The notes under the pieces are model-generated. The model saw only the letters and a list, made by a program, of their open reading frames with translations, did no database searches and had not been told where the DNA came from. From assembly GCA_051362555.1 (NCBI GenBank), contig CM120641.1:23070401-23134400 (forward strand): DNA of 64,000 nucleotides. Direction: 5' to 3'. A program made the translations under genes and the position numbers. This document shows positions 39,277 through 53,900 of the stretch, piece by piece (the first letter of the stretch is position 1; each line of letters starts with the position of its first letter). Source of the DNA: Lingula anatina (Eukaryota > Animalia > Brachiopoda).

Positions 39277-42200
39277 TCAATCAGTACACAAGTAATTTTT
39301 ATTTATTACATGACTACTTAATCATTTTATGCAGAGAGCAGTGCTCCCAATCCAAATCATTTTGCACTAAGATCACACAATTTACCTCAGATGAGGAGAG
39401 GTGGGTACCAGGAATGTTTGCATATGATTCACTGTAAATGCACAAACAGTTCATTGATGGGTAAACTGATTTTTTTCTATGCCATTTCACTGCTCAAAAT
39501 ACAACCATTCACTTGGTTGTAATTTGTGACATATTAGAGAGCTTGAAGTATTTTCCTTTTCTTCAAACAACCTAAGTGATTCAGCTACTTGTTTGAAGTT
39601 TGAAGTTTTATTATACAATTTTGGAGTAGTCTACAGCTGAATGTACATGCAGATGACATGAAAGTACCAGAAGGCACATCTCTGCCAATCCTATTTCTAT
39701 TACCATTTCCATATTGTACAAACAAAGCCCTTTGATTCCCAATAATATTTTATAAATAACGAATTTCTTTGATGGTAAAAAACAAAACGGAACCAGCATT
39801 TTGTAATTCACATATATCTACCTTCATATTCTTTCCTGGAATACCTCTTCCAAAATACCAAAATATTTGCATTCTTTTTTCAAAATTTGTTGCATGACAA
39901 ATGTTATTAAGAACTTTGACTATGGGACACAAGGGATTTGCTATGCTGTAGTAATTTCTAGAATATACTATTAGCATTTAAACATGCCAGCTGCTCATTG
40001 ATGTTAAGGATGCATTGTGTAAGACATTAAAGAGTTATTTAAGGGAGAATGTGTTAAAATTAGAAGGTTTTTTTTACAGTGGTCCTGTATAAAGAGTTAA
40101 CTTTTGTTGACATTCTATAAAGTTACAGCACCACCCTACAGTTTAACAGCACCATGGAACACTAAAATAACAGGTGCCATTCAATTTACTATCCCTCTCC
40201 TCCATTAATACTGCTACCCAAGGAGAGCACTGAAGAACATTTCGAAAAATAATGAAGATAATGAAAATATAGCACCTGCAGCCAATACAGCTGGTTTGTC
40301 TTTATGTGCCACAAGACTATGTTTACAAGAGGAAGAAACAAATATGGATTTGAATTAAAATCAGCAAAATGTTTTTAAAGAGAAAAGTACAGATACCACC
40401 AGTAAAATGCCATAAGCTAATTGAGATGTTCGCATGCTGCAACTAGGCAATATTCCCCAAAAGCCTGGGTGTATTTTCAGTCAGCACAGGCAGTAAAAGC
40501 ATTATTGCTAATGAAAAAATTACCTGTATTATTCCTAAAACTCCATGTTTCTCCTAAAACTTCCATGTTACTCACAAAATCAGGCTTCTGAAAAAATATC
40601 CTGCCTGTGGTGCAAAATGCTACTGTCATTAGCTCACACGGTCTTCATGACAGATGCCTTGATAGCTGGCAACCTACCATAATACACATTTGAAGTAATT
40701 TTCCCAGTGACTTTTTTCCCTCCTATTGTCTCTACCAGAATATTTGCCAAAATACCTGCATAATTTTGAAATGGTTCTTGTATGGATTACCTCTACGTGA
40801 ACTGACTGATAACAGAACAGTTGAAATCAATGTTTCAATCATACCATCCGTTGGTTGATTTTACATACAAATGTGACAACTTCAGCCAGCATGTTTGCCG
40901 TCTCCTCACTCTATGCTTCTCTCTCCTCTCAGAAAAAGGTTGAAGAGCAGCACATTAACAGCGCATTGTGATTTTCAGCTTGATGGGGGATTTATTGTTG
41001 AAACAGAACTCACGAGGTCTCTCAGCCAAGGGAGCTGAAATGGACTACATTATTTTACACAATATCAAACTAAGCAATTGATACTTCTCCCTATAAGTCA
41101 TACAGGGGTAAAATACAGTCAAGAGCCATAGATAATAACTAGATTAAGCATGATCTGTTTGATGAGAAAAAACTAACAATCAGTTGTAGATATGCAGCTT
41201 AAAAGGAAAGTAAAAACATATTTGTATAAAAATATTTTGAAAGGATTTGCTACACATTGCATAATTCATTTGTAAAGTGTTCCACTTAAATGGGATGAAC
41301 TGTCACCTTGAGTTGCCTAGGAGGAAGTAAAACAGAAGAAAAAAAGGACTATATTGAAAATAAAATTTGAAAAATCAATGAACAAGAATATCTAATCTTG
41401 GTATGATGTTATAGTTTTCTATTATCAGCACTATTCAGTTTTATAGTTTGTATCTCAAACAACATCAGTTACCTATAAATACATTGCATGTATATAAAAA
41501 TGGCAAATACTTGTCATCCAAGTAGAAAATTATGTTTGCCAAATGTATTTTTGCAGTTCAAGTTATCTTTACAACAGCAACGACAATCTAATACCTTACA
41601 TTTCATACATCACTGGTCTCTTGCACAGAGACTGCTTCCAGTCTGGGTGCCAATCGTGGTATTTTGGGTATACTGGGCATTGTCTTTTTTTTTTGCATTG
41701 AAGTATTTTTCTCAGTGGTTTCCACACCCTTATAATACATATCTGGCAAGTAACAATTAAGTAACATTTAAGCATGCATTCTTTTTCTCATCAAATTTCT
41801 ACTTATCATTTCATTTTTTTTTTTTTTTTTTTTTGCTTTAAAGATGCAGAGTTTTAAATCAAATACTTAATTAATCATCCTGGGGTAAATTACATTATAT
41901 TTGGTGAAACTTAATTTCAGCATTACTTTACTTTGATAAGTTCATTAAGTAGTGGTCTATATAATTAATTGTGTGTTTAAAATCTTACACTTTGTCTCTT
42001 TACGTAAGACTAAGATTTATTTTTCATAAATACTTAACCTTGATTGCAGTGTAATTTATCAGCAACATGGCTGATATATTATGATCTAAATTTGCTCATA
42101 AGTTATACTTTAGTTTATTTGTGTAACTACTATTAACCAAATCTAAACAAATGGCATAAAACCCTGCTTATGTGATATTCAGATGCCAACAAAAATTCAC

Positions 42201-44421
42201 AAAAAGAAAAGGTCAACATGCTGAGTCCATCAGAGTCAAAAACAGGGAAAAAAAAAAAACTGATTGCAAGCATGCTTATTTTGTTATTATACTGGGTAAG
42301 TGAAAATCTAGGGCCAAACTCCTAGTTAAAAGATCACCATATAATTTTGTATCCAGACATGAATTTATATATTTGAAAGTGTAATCCCAAGTCACAAGAT
42401 GAACTACACAATAGTTGATCAACCCATCTCAGATGTTCTCTGTCAGGACAGGTGACAACTCAAATCCGTTACTATGATTTGTCTCATCCACTTGCTACAA
42501 ATATGTGACAGCTGTGAAGATAATCACATAATAATGTAAAAGAATCAATGGTGGAATATTCTGTTTCGTCACTGGTTACTCCCTTGTGCCTATCCAACAA
42601 GCACCAGCAATGGGATGGCTTGACCAATAATCAATGGCGCTTCAGACATGTCCTCAAAAACAGACCCTTTCCGTTGTCAGTTTTTATCACTACGCACATG
42701 CTGCCATCTAAGTGTACCAATTATTGAAGTGTCCGTAAAACTTCACTTCATTTTTTAAAGATTTTCTCAAAACCAGTTAGTAAAAGTTAGTGAATGCCAC
42801 CCCCCCCCCCCCCCCCCAAAAAAAAAAAAAAAAAAGTTTTGGCATCTTGAAAAGTCATTACCTATTATGCGCTTCTCAAAATGAAAACTGCACTATAAAG
42901 TGTGTAGCTTTATTGGGTATACTCTAATACTGAACAACCTCTTCATATTCTGAAGACTCTTCAAGTGATGCCTAGCATTTCCATATGCATTAAAATCTAA
43001 TCTAATACAAGACTTCAACAACTGAGGGCACTTTGAATTACCCATTTCAGTTGAAAGTGTAGTGACTTTTGTCTCTGTCGTATAACCCTCTATGTACTGT
43101 TTTTTGTCATCAAACATAACTACAGTTATTGAAATGCTTTGCCTAAATTCAATTTAAATGAAATGCACGATTAGGTGAAATCCTGATGTTAACAACCCAC
43201 AGAAATGTTATCTTGTCCATAGATACTAACACCAGTTCAGCCTGCATATTCAACAGAAGTGGCAGGCTATGCAGAGCAATCAAGGCAATGGCATGGCTGC
43301 GTCCAGCACCATTTTAACATAACCTGGTTTAAAACTAACTCCAGGAAGTAGCTCTTTGGATTGCTCCTGACCATCAGGGTCAGGCAAAGGAGCCTATGGT
43401 AATTACCTAAATTTTTCAAATTTCTCATACTAATAATATTTTAGTTTTCCTAGATTTATCATTTTCAGACACCCACTACACTGAACTTTCTGGCAAAAAG
43501 ACAGTTTTAAGCATTTCTAACAAAACTTTTTTTTTTTTTTTTTTTTTGGGGGGGGGGGGGGTTGCTTATCTATAAAAAAAGTTGTTTGAATATATATAGT
43601 ACTTACCGTATATTATCTTTCAATTAACCAGCCCACTCATTCACAGCACACAAGGTTTAATTCAAGGTTCACACTATCTGAGCTTAAGAGTGCAATAAAA
43701 CTATCTACTTCTGGCAGTCAGTCTTAGAATGTTTTGGTTCATTGCTGAACGAGGCCTTGAGTGAAACACTTGCTTAAAGTTGATTCATCTCTAGTTGGAT
43801 AAAGTCTGACAATCCGCCCATGGCTGCTCTATTACAGAGTCACACAAAAAATGCAGTATATTCAAAGTTCACATTTGTCTATAGATTGAGATATATAATT
43901 AATGATCAAATAAACGACATAAACATGAATAAACTCAAAATATATTATGACCCCATTTTATAAAATTCATTCCATATCTCACAGAATGACATTTTTATAA
44001 TCCTTTGCACTTGAATGATACAATAAAATTCAACAGACCTTGTATAATGAAGTTTTGTCTCTAGCTGTAGAAAAATAAATGTACCTTAACTAAATATGAC
44101 ACATGACGCTGCTAAAACAGTCCAAGCAGTACTACTTGAAAAAAAGGAATTCCCAAGCAACACAGCTGCTCCTTAGGGATTTCAAATCACACTAACTGAC
44201 AAAAATAATTAATTAGACATTAGCACAAATGAGTTTTTTTCATTGATCAAGACATTTTTATTGATCAGTTCTTGTTGATAATCCCATGATTTGTATTTTT
44301 CAACATAATCATGTATTTTCAAAAGATTTTTCTTTCATTTTTTAAGTAAAACCTCTGCTCAAAATATTAAAGATGATAAATGTTTTTTGTGACCCAAGAG
44401 ATAAGACAATCAAGTTCAAGG

Positions 44422-44672
44422 CCAATGACAGATTTAGAGGGGGTGGCCTGGGGGTAAAAAAAAATCACACTAATATATCCCTCTAGGAATTAGAATTCTG
44501 ACTAGCTGATTTATAGAACTAAACCATACGAAATGGCACCGTTGGCCCTCTAATATACCAAAAATTTTCGGGTCCCTACAGCAGGCCCCAAACCCACACC
44601 AACTGGGGGTGGGGGGGGGGTCGGCTTGACATCCACAGACCCCCCCTTCAAATAATCCTGGATCCACCCCTG
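44422..44672. mobile_element. Degenerate MITE of the CAGGGGCGGATCCAG...CTGGATCCGCCCCTG type
   Basis: Right end CCCCCCTT..CCTGGATCCACCCCTG; decayed left end CAATGACAGATTTAGAGGGGG; G/C-run interior. Confidence 0.5.
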
Positions 44673-47589
44673 AAGGGCATTTAATTTACACTAAAACAAT
44701 TTTGATAAAATCATGAATGGGGGTCGTGATTTTATTCAATATTAACGATATGAGAGGAACCATCTCTCAATTACTCTGAACAAAAAACAGAGATGACTGC
44801 ACCTGAAATTCTCTTGGGCAGCCGTCCTGTTAAATCGACAGCTTAGGCTATAACTACAAATTTGGTGGCATCATTATGAACAAATGGTATAAACCAACCC
44901 AAAAGTATGTGGAAGGATGTGTATGCCAAATATTTCTGTATGTTTTATTGAATTCTGCCCTCATGTTTCTAGTGTGGGTCTCTTATGCCCCTATTCCACA
45001 CCCACTCGGAATTCCTCAAACTGCCAGGAATTGTGAAATTTTGCACATTTCTGGTAAAAATCTTGAGGATTCAGTTACAAAGTTGTTAAGATAGACTTAA
45101 GAATATTTGTGGGATTCTGACTGAACAACACGAATGTTGTCAAGAAACAGTTATGATTTGCAAGAATGACATCTGAATACTTAACGAATATCAGGTTTCA
45201 GTTGAGAGAAAGTCAAGTATCTGCCGAATGCACCTATGATTCTGGCAGGATTATAAATGTAATCTTGAGTCTTCTTGAAATTTTGTAGAATGTCCCCAAA
45301 AGACAAGCATAAAAAGCCCCTCACCCTTGCTTTACAGAATCGTAGACAAAACGTGTTCGGATGAATGCTCCATGGTTCCCAGATTAAAGGAAGAATACAT
45401 AAAAATGGCTAAAATTATACTAGGAAACAGTTAGAATATCTAATAATGTACCATGGATTTGTAAAGAATTAACCAAGATTTTTTGCATTCTGGAGTTCAG
45501 AACCAAAATTTTGTACACCTCAAAACCTTTGTCCGGATTTCATGATCTCACAAGAACTGCACTAACTTACTGAGAATAAATAAAAAACAAGTAAGAGGTT
45601 TAAAATATTATCACAATTAAAATAAGAACCTTCGGATTTATCAATTCCTGGCAGTTCATGGATTTGTAGTCGGTGTGGAATATAGTGGTATAAGACTCTC
45701 AGACTTACACTTTTAGACTCAATATTTGAAAGGGCCCAATCCTTATTATTGTCTTTCAGGAAAAGTTCACCTGGAGAAATCCCCTCTAAAATTTTCTGTA
45801 AGAACTGCATCATACTGAGACCACCACTGCCAGGATCATATCACAGTGTGTGAGCCAAATTCTCAAAACATTAATAGTGCTCTCCTGGAGTACTGAATTT
45901 ACCATGAGATCAAAGTATTGGATCTCCAAATCAAAATTATAAAAGGTCTAAGAAAATCCAAAGCACAAGAAAAAATGTTGATGTGCACATGCATATATTG
46001 ATGCAGGCCTGTAGCTAGCAATTACAAAGAAGGCTATTTTTCTGAAGAAAAAAATGGATCACTTCACCCCCTTAGTTGACCCAACTTGAGAAATAGCACA
46101 TCTAGGACCTAGTTCAAATTTTGATTTAGAGCAGACCCATTTTTGACCAAAAGGGCAGTCCACGGGCCTGAAATGAAGTACCCAAACAGCAAAACCTAGA
46201 GTATGGGTGAAAATTGTAAAAACTAAAAGTCCTGAGTAGGTAGCTTTCAATTTCTCATTGAATTTAAATCCATATGAAAAAACTATCAAAATGAAGACCA
46301 AAAGTCCTTTAGTCAGGCATAATCCTGAAAACTTTCATACTAGAGTAAAGTGTGACATATCTGCAGAAGTTTTATCTTCACAGTAACCTTAACAAATTCA
46401 TCAGTTTGATGGAAGAGAGACATGGATAATGACTGCTGTTTCATGGTTTTTTCTACCTTAAAAAAAAATCTTTGCGTTGCTTTGATGTCTCCATTATTCC
46501 ATATAAATTAATTTTATGTGGAAAATGTATCACATACTAACATTATCTGGTGCTAAAACATTTTACTTGACATTGTCTTTGATGTGTAAGGAAAATTTAA
46601 GCATCAGTTTGGTGTAAGTAATCTGAGCAGTGAGGTATCTGATTAACAATATGTCTGTTGGCCAATTAGTTAGAATGGCAAGTTTAATCTGTGGCTGGGC
46701 AGGGATCTACGTTTTAAGTGACAACTTAACTCTGGGGTGAGGACATAAGATAGCATTATACAAAACAAAATACATGATTTAAACACTTTTTCTTATGATT
46801 CAAGGATTCTATAGATAATATGTTCATTCAATGACTATTTTGCTGGTTGAATAAATAAAAGTGTGGCTAAATACATGCAATGCAGTTCATTTTAATATGA
46901 TGGCATGTTACCAATGGTGAACTGAATAAATCAAAGGAAAAAATCTAGTTAAATGTGGCAAAATTTTTGTGTATTTGGGACTTTCAGTTAGTCAGTCTGA
47001 GGTAAACCTAGTTAACATACTTTGATATAAACGTGGCCTCAGTACTTTTAGCCACAAGGATAAAACTGGCTACTGTACATTGATTACAGATCAAATTCCT
47101 CCATATCCAATGCTAGATGATACTGAGCAAATACGATTATAAATGAAATAATTTGCACCTAACCAGGTTCAGTTTATATTAGCAAAGCCTAATTGCTGCT
47201 CTTTTCCTGATCTGGCAACATAGCCACCTGATGATGCTGAAACTTTGCTATTTCTGCCCTGAGTCCATTGGGTTTTGTATATGTCTAAATGGTTCCATAC
47301 TCATCATAACCCATTGATATCTTCTAGACATCATATCTCTAAAGGGAATAACAGTAACATTATTTTTAGACACCCTTCATGCCAGAACTCATAGAAAGTG
47401 AACTTTTCAAAATTTTTCATAACTTTAATCTGACTGGATGCATTTTTATCTTCCACAATGGTTTCAAATCCATATGTTCGTGGAAACACAGGTAATATTT
47501 CAATGTTCATGGAAATACAGGTGACATAATTACTTGTAATTACATGTAATAACATACCACCATGGTGTCTTCTCATTGAAACACTAGGT

Positions 47590-47833
47590 TAGGGTAATGA
47601 CTCTATCTTTTCAATGGGAAAAATTGTGAATTTCACAGATACTGTACATTTTTAAGTCATAAATTCTTCTGTTGAGTGCTTTGCAACAAAACTGAAAAGC
47701 TGACTATCTTATAGTTCTATCATATATAGAAAATTTCACAAATGCTGCACCAAAATATATTTTATGATTCTAAAATTATGTATCTGAAAAATGGGTAGTT
47801 TTTCCACATGAAAAAGATCAAGTCATCACTGTA
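47590..47833. mobile_element. TA-bounded MITE, copy 2 of the family at 9429-9683
   Basis: TAGGGTAATGACTCTATCTTTTCAATGG ... GAAAAGATCAAGTCATCACTGTA; shared internal blocks (GATACTGTAC..TTTAAGTCATAA, TATAGTTCTATC, TTATGTATCTGAAA). Confidence 0.8.
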
Positions 47834-50436
47834 CATGTATAGCTAATAAACCATATACAACATTTGTATATCATGTTGATCATTATAAAGAAAAAAAGGA
47901 ATTTCCTTTTAATGCAGGTACCCATTTTTTCAGTGAACAATATATACCTTTAGAACATCTGCCACTTCTGCCACTTCTAGCGGATGTTGAATGTGTGAAA
48001 AAATCAAGACTACATGCATGACAGTCAAAGTCTTTCCAAATTATGGATTACACTGGAAAGAGTCCATAATAACACAGGAGCCTCAATGGAACCTTCCTAT
48101 GCCACATTTTATGTCATCAAATTCTGTCATATTTCATGGCAAATTTTTTTCCAGTATGTCTATATAATTCTAAAAATGCAAGTGCAGAAACAACGGGAAA
48201 TCAAGATTACTGATGTATCTTTTATATCCAGTTTAAAGAGGATACTAATTCCATCCCTTTTTGACTGAATTTAAGCATGAATTTATTTCCATCTTTAAAA
48301 AATAGTAAAAGGTGATAAATATTCTGAATCATCCACAGACCAGATTGACTTTCAATGCAGTTATTATATTTTGATAAGAGGACAAAGTAAATATCACCTC
48401 TTCAGAGAGCACCTTCACATCAATTACCTTATGGTTTTGATAAATGATAAGTAAACCATACAATGCCCTCATGGCATCTGTTATGATGGGGCAATCCTGC
48501 ATTAATATGTCAATTAAATTAAAAGCAAAGCTACATATAAGAGGAAGAAATACATATTCAGAAAAAAAAAATATATATATATATATAATGAAGATGCAAG
48601 CATATCAACAAAAATATACACAAATTCAAAATATTTTATAAAATTGTATATTGACAAAGTAAAACAAAAGATCTTAATTTAACAAAGTTAAAAACTTCCA
48701 AACACAACCTGAATTACTACCTTATTAAATTGTACTTCTACTACATGTATTTCTGTACATAAACATATTATAAATCCCTTTTTACCTTTTCACTGCAGCT
48801 TCTGTGATGTGTTCCCTTACTTTCTCCAGCCTCTGGGTATATCCCATAGGAGTTTCCGCCTGACGTCGTGACGGTGCCTTGAAAATAATATTCAAACAAG
48901 GCTACTGGTCTCTTCTCTGGAGTAAAAAAATAGGGAAATTGTAGTAGATGAAAACTTATGAATATTTCACATATTTCTATTCATATTGATGGTACTCACT
49001 TCTTTAATTTCCTCTTCCAAATCTAATGTAAATTATCTAGTAATTACTGTGCTGCTCAGACTAGACACCAACTCGCTGGGCATGCATTTACGTACTTCTC
49101 ACACTTGCCTAAGCTGGCAGAGACTGAAATCTATGATATCCCACAGGGACCTGTTCTTGTGAGCCTTCAAATCCTATGATGAACATTACTGTCTAGGCGT
49201 TTGTTCTTTTGCACAGCCTCAAAGCACAGCAGTAATTACAATAATATGTAAAACCGTCACCTCTGGTTACTCCTTCAATGAGCACAGATCAGTGCTCTAA
49301 TAAGGCAGCAAGGAGCGAGAAATGTAGGGCCTGTAAACTTTTTACAAGACGTAAAACTGTTGTCCTTGTTAGCAAATAGCATTTGAATAAAAACAAATTG
49401 TTCTTATATGTGAGTATTATTTTTTGTGATATTTGTGCATTTTTAAAAAATGATTTTGGGCAATGTTGTTTGTGAGACCAAAATTTTTTCTATGTCTTAT
49501 GCTATTCACTTTTTCAAACTGTTACAAAAAAGTCTTTGTCAAGTGCAGTATAGAATATGAAAAAATAAACTATTGGAAATAATTAGAAATATGAAGGGCA
49601 ACATGGAATATTCCAATAAAACAATTGTTCCAAAAAAATTTAGAATTAAAATGCTTGAACCAGTGCTAGCAAGTGAGGAAACTGAAACAATTAAAAAGAC
49701 TTAAATGAAATAGACAAAAAAAAAAACACAAAGCACCCTGCCCAAATATAACAAGACACATAAAACTCAGACAAGAGGGTATTCATAGATAGAATATGGT
49801 GATTCAATCCATGTCTCCTGTAATATGTCTGCATAGCATGACGTCAAATGATAATATCATCATGTAACAAACAGTCTCCAGTGGGAAATCTCCACAAGGA
49901 ATTTTCAGGGAAGACACAAATGAAATGTGGCAATATACTGCTTTAAAATTAAAACTAAAACAGAAAGATTCATCCAAAGATGAAATTGAGATCAAATTGA
50001 AAAGCAGTTGAAATTATCATTATTGGTCTTATCTCTTTGCTGTATCACCACCAACAGAACTTGTCCTGCTCATTGTGAGTTACCATATGCGTACCTGGAG
50101 TGCCTTCTTTACTTACAAATCCACAACTTATTTTTCATTCATTTTCCTACTTGCTGCTAATCTCAAGAATAAACATTTGATGAGATTTCATGATGTCACT
50201 GAGATACCAATACACAAATGTTAACTCCATGTTTTCTTAAAGTTTTTTTTTCACATTGTTACAACAACTGATGTTAAATCACTGCCTTTCAAAAAAATTA
50301 TTTGAAACATATCTTCAAGAAATTTCTTTCACATTGTCCAACCAAATCATTTTTTAATCAATTTTGACTAAAATCTATGAAATATTTTAAAGTAATTTGT
50401 AGTTTCTTTATAAAACATATCTGTCAAAAAATAAAG

Positions 50437-50870
50437 ACAAGGCAGCAAAGCTGTCAAATGTACAGACAAAGAACAGAAAATAAAGATGCAAATAAGTGAA
50501 AAATTAAATTTTCACAAAAAACTGTTAAATTGCCAGAAAAATTTACCAAACAGACTGCGTTGCCTATTGAAGCTGTATGTTAGACCCATGTTTTTTTCCT
50601 GTAAGTTTGAGAACAGTAAGTGACATGATTTCCCTTAAATGGTCATCATAGGAGCAGTGCCCAAAATAGGGGTTTCTTCAAATTTTGATGCAACATTACA
50701 TAATGTTTAACAGCATAATGACAATCAAATGTTATTTATAAAATATTAGTAACATGGACATTCAGAAAATATGACAAGCAAAAGTCTTCAAGATCATGGA
50801 ACTTTAAAGTCACACCTTGAAAATGCCAATATGTGAAAAATTAAATTTTCACAAAAAACTGTTTAACTGC

Positions 50871-50904
<34 letters not shown>

Positions 50905-53900
50905 AAACAGATTGCGTTGCCTACTGAAGCTGTATTTTAGTCCCATGTTTCTATCCTGTAAGTTAGAAAACAGTAAGTGACATGATTTTCCTTAAATGGT
51001 CATCATGGAAGCAGTGCCCAAAATGGGGGTTTCTTCAAATTTTGATGCAATATTACATAATGTTTAATAGCTTAATGACCATCAATTTTTAATTATAAAA
51101 TATTTGTATCACAGATATTCAGAAAATGTGACTAGCAAAGGTCTTCAGGCCCATGGAACTTCAAGTCACGCCTTGATAAAGCCAAAATGTAAACAAGACA
51201 GCACTGTTCTGAAATGGGTTTATTTCCATTTTTAACACTTTTTTAACATAAACAAAATTAACATTTTACTGCCATTTTTATATGTCCAACTAAGAAAATT
51301 GATGAGATGGGAAAAGTATCAATAGAACAGTGTTAAATGTCCAATTTCCTCCATTCTGAGATTCTGAACATAGTGGATGATTGAATCTGACAAACTGCAA
51401 TGATATGAGTTTATTTCCATTTTTGACACTTTATTACACAATACATGATAACAAGTTTACCATGTTTTTTACATAATCAACTAACAATGTTGTAAAGATG
51501 CAGGAAATATCAAACAAACACTTTTAGGCATCTTATTAGTTAAATAATGAGACTGTTAACATGCCTAATAATTGAATCTGAGGAAATGTGAAAAAAACAG
51601 TATAACTTCTTAAGTAATGGCCTGATTATGCTTATTTTCGAACTCAACCTGCGTTTTAGTAAGATTGACCACTCCTGTGAGTATAATTACAATTGGCCAA
51701 TCCGTTTTATCAGTGTTGCATTTATATTGAAAATAGTGAAATAAAACTGCAAATTCAACATCAAATTTTAATTATGCTCAACAGGTAATACCAATGTAAG
51801 TAAAATGTGTAACAAGCATAAGGCTTCAGGCCCATGGCAGTTCAAGTTCACACTTTGAAAATGTATAACTTCCAGAAAAAGAAGCCAATTAGACTGCTTT
51901 TCCAACTCAGGCTGCATTTTAGTCCTTTATTTCTTTTCTGAACGTTTGGCAATCATCAGTAACATGGTTTTCCCATAATGGTCATCATGGCAGCAGCACC
52001 CAAAATTGTGTTTTCTTCTATTCTGATGCAATATTACATAGTGGTTAACAGCATAATGACCGTCAGTTTTTAATAATAAAATATACGTATCATGAATTTT
52101 CAGAAAATGTGACTAGCATGGGTCTTCAAGCCCATGGAACTTCAAAGTCACACCTTGAAAATGCCAATATGTGAAAAATTAAATTTTCACAAAAAAAAAA
52201 CTGTTTAACTAGCAGAAAGAATTACCAAACAGACTGCATTGCCTACTGAGGCTGTATCTTAGTCCCATGTTTCTTTCCTGTAAGTTTGAGAACAGTAAGT
52301 GACATGATTTTTCTTAAATGGTCATCATGGGAGCAGTGCCCAAAATATTTTTTTCCAAATTTTGATGCAATATTACATAACGTTTAACAGCATAATGACC
52401 ATCAATTTTTAATAATAAAATATTAGTATTATGGATATTCAGAAAATGTGACTAGCAAAGGACTTCAGGCCCATGGAACTTCAAAGTCACAACTTGAAAA
52501 TGCCAAAATGTAAACAAGACAGCACTATTCTGATATGGGTTTATTTCCATTTTTAACACTTTTTTAACATAAAACAAAATTAACAGTTTACTGCCCTTTT
52601 TATATGATCAACTAAGAAAATTGATGAGATGTGAAAAATATCAATAGAACAGCGTCAAATGTCCAATTTCCTCCATTCTGAGTTTCTGAACATAGTGAAT
52701 GATTGAATCTTACAAACTGCAATGATATGAGTTTATTTCCATTTTTGACACCTTATTACACAATACACGATTGCAAGTTTACCATCATTTTTAAGTAATC
52801 AACTAACAATGTTGTAAAGATGCAGGAAATGTCAAACAAACACTTTTAAGTGTCTTATTAATTAAATAATGAGACTGTTAACATGCCTAAAAATTGAATC
52901 TGAGGAAATGTGAAACAAGGCAGCACTATTCTGATATGGGTTTATTTCCATTTTTAACACTTTTTTAACATAAAACAAAATTAACAGTTTACTGCCATTT
53001 TTATATGATCAACTAAGAAAATTGATGAGATGTGAAAAATATCAATAGAACAGTGTCAAATGTCCAATTTCCTCCATTCTGAGTTTCTGAACATAGTGAA
53101 TGATTGAATCTTACAAACTGCAATGATATGAGTTTATTTCCATTTTTGACACCTTATTACACAATACACGATTACAAGTTTACCATCATTTTTACGTAAT
53201 CAACTAACAATGTTGTAAAGATGCAGGAAATGTCAAACAAACACTTTTACGTATCTTATTAATTAAATAATGAGACTGTTAACATGCCTAAGAATTGAAT
53301 CTGAGGAAATGTGAAAAAACAGCATAACTTATAAAATAATGGTCCGATTATGCTGATTTTCGAACTTGACCTGCGTTTTAGTAAGATTGATTACTCCTGT
53401 GAGTTTCATGACAACAGGCCTATGGGTTTTCCTTGAAATGTGTTAACAGTGTTGCATATATGCTGAAAAGTGAAAAAACAGCATAACTACTAAAATAGTG
53501 GCCCGATCATGCCGATTTTCGAACTTGATCTGCGTTTTAGTAAGATTGATTACTCCTGTGAGTTTTATGACAACAGGCCTATCAGTTTTCCTTGAAATGT
53601 GTTAACAGTGTTGCATATATGCTGAAAAGTGTAAAAACAGCATAAATTCTACAATAATGGCCCGATCATGCTGATTTTCGAACTTGACCTGTGTTTTATG
53701 AATATTCATCAGCTCTGTAAATATAAAGCCAAAAAGTAAAACTGTCTTCCACTTATGGTGTTAACGCTGAAAGTGCACGGCGACGGCGAAGGCGACAGGA
53801 TCGGCGACGGCAACGGCGACGGCGACGACAGACGCAGGTGATGGCAATATGTACAGACACATCTGTGTCTGTACATAAAAATGTGACTAGCAAAGGTCTT

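Noticed and set aside
40145-40162. RE1/NRSE-like half site CAGCACCATGGA upstream of a neuronal gene
   Set aside because: The right half does not match, and REST-type regulation is not established for this kind of invertebrate; likely chance.
45019-45656. 15-bp inverted repeat AACTGCCAGGAATTG ... CAATTCCTGGCAGTT
   Set aside because: Probably a remnant of an old DNA transposon, but termini and target duplication could not be defined.
49839-49846. Perfect CRE palindrome TGACGTCA
   Set aside because: A single 8-mer in 64 kb is about what chance predicts, and no transcription start is known nearby.
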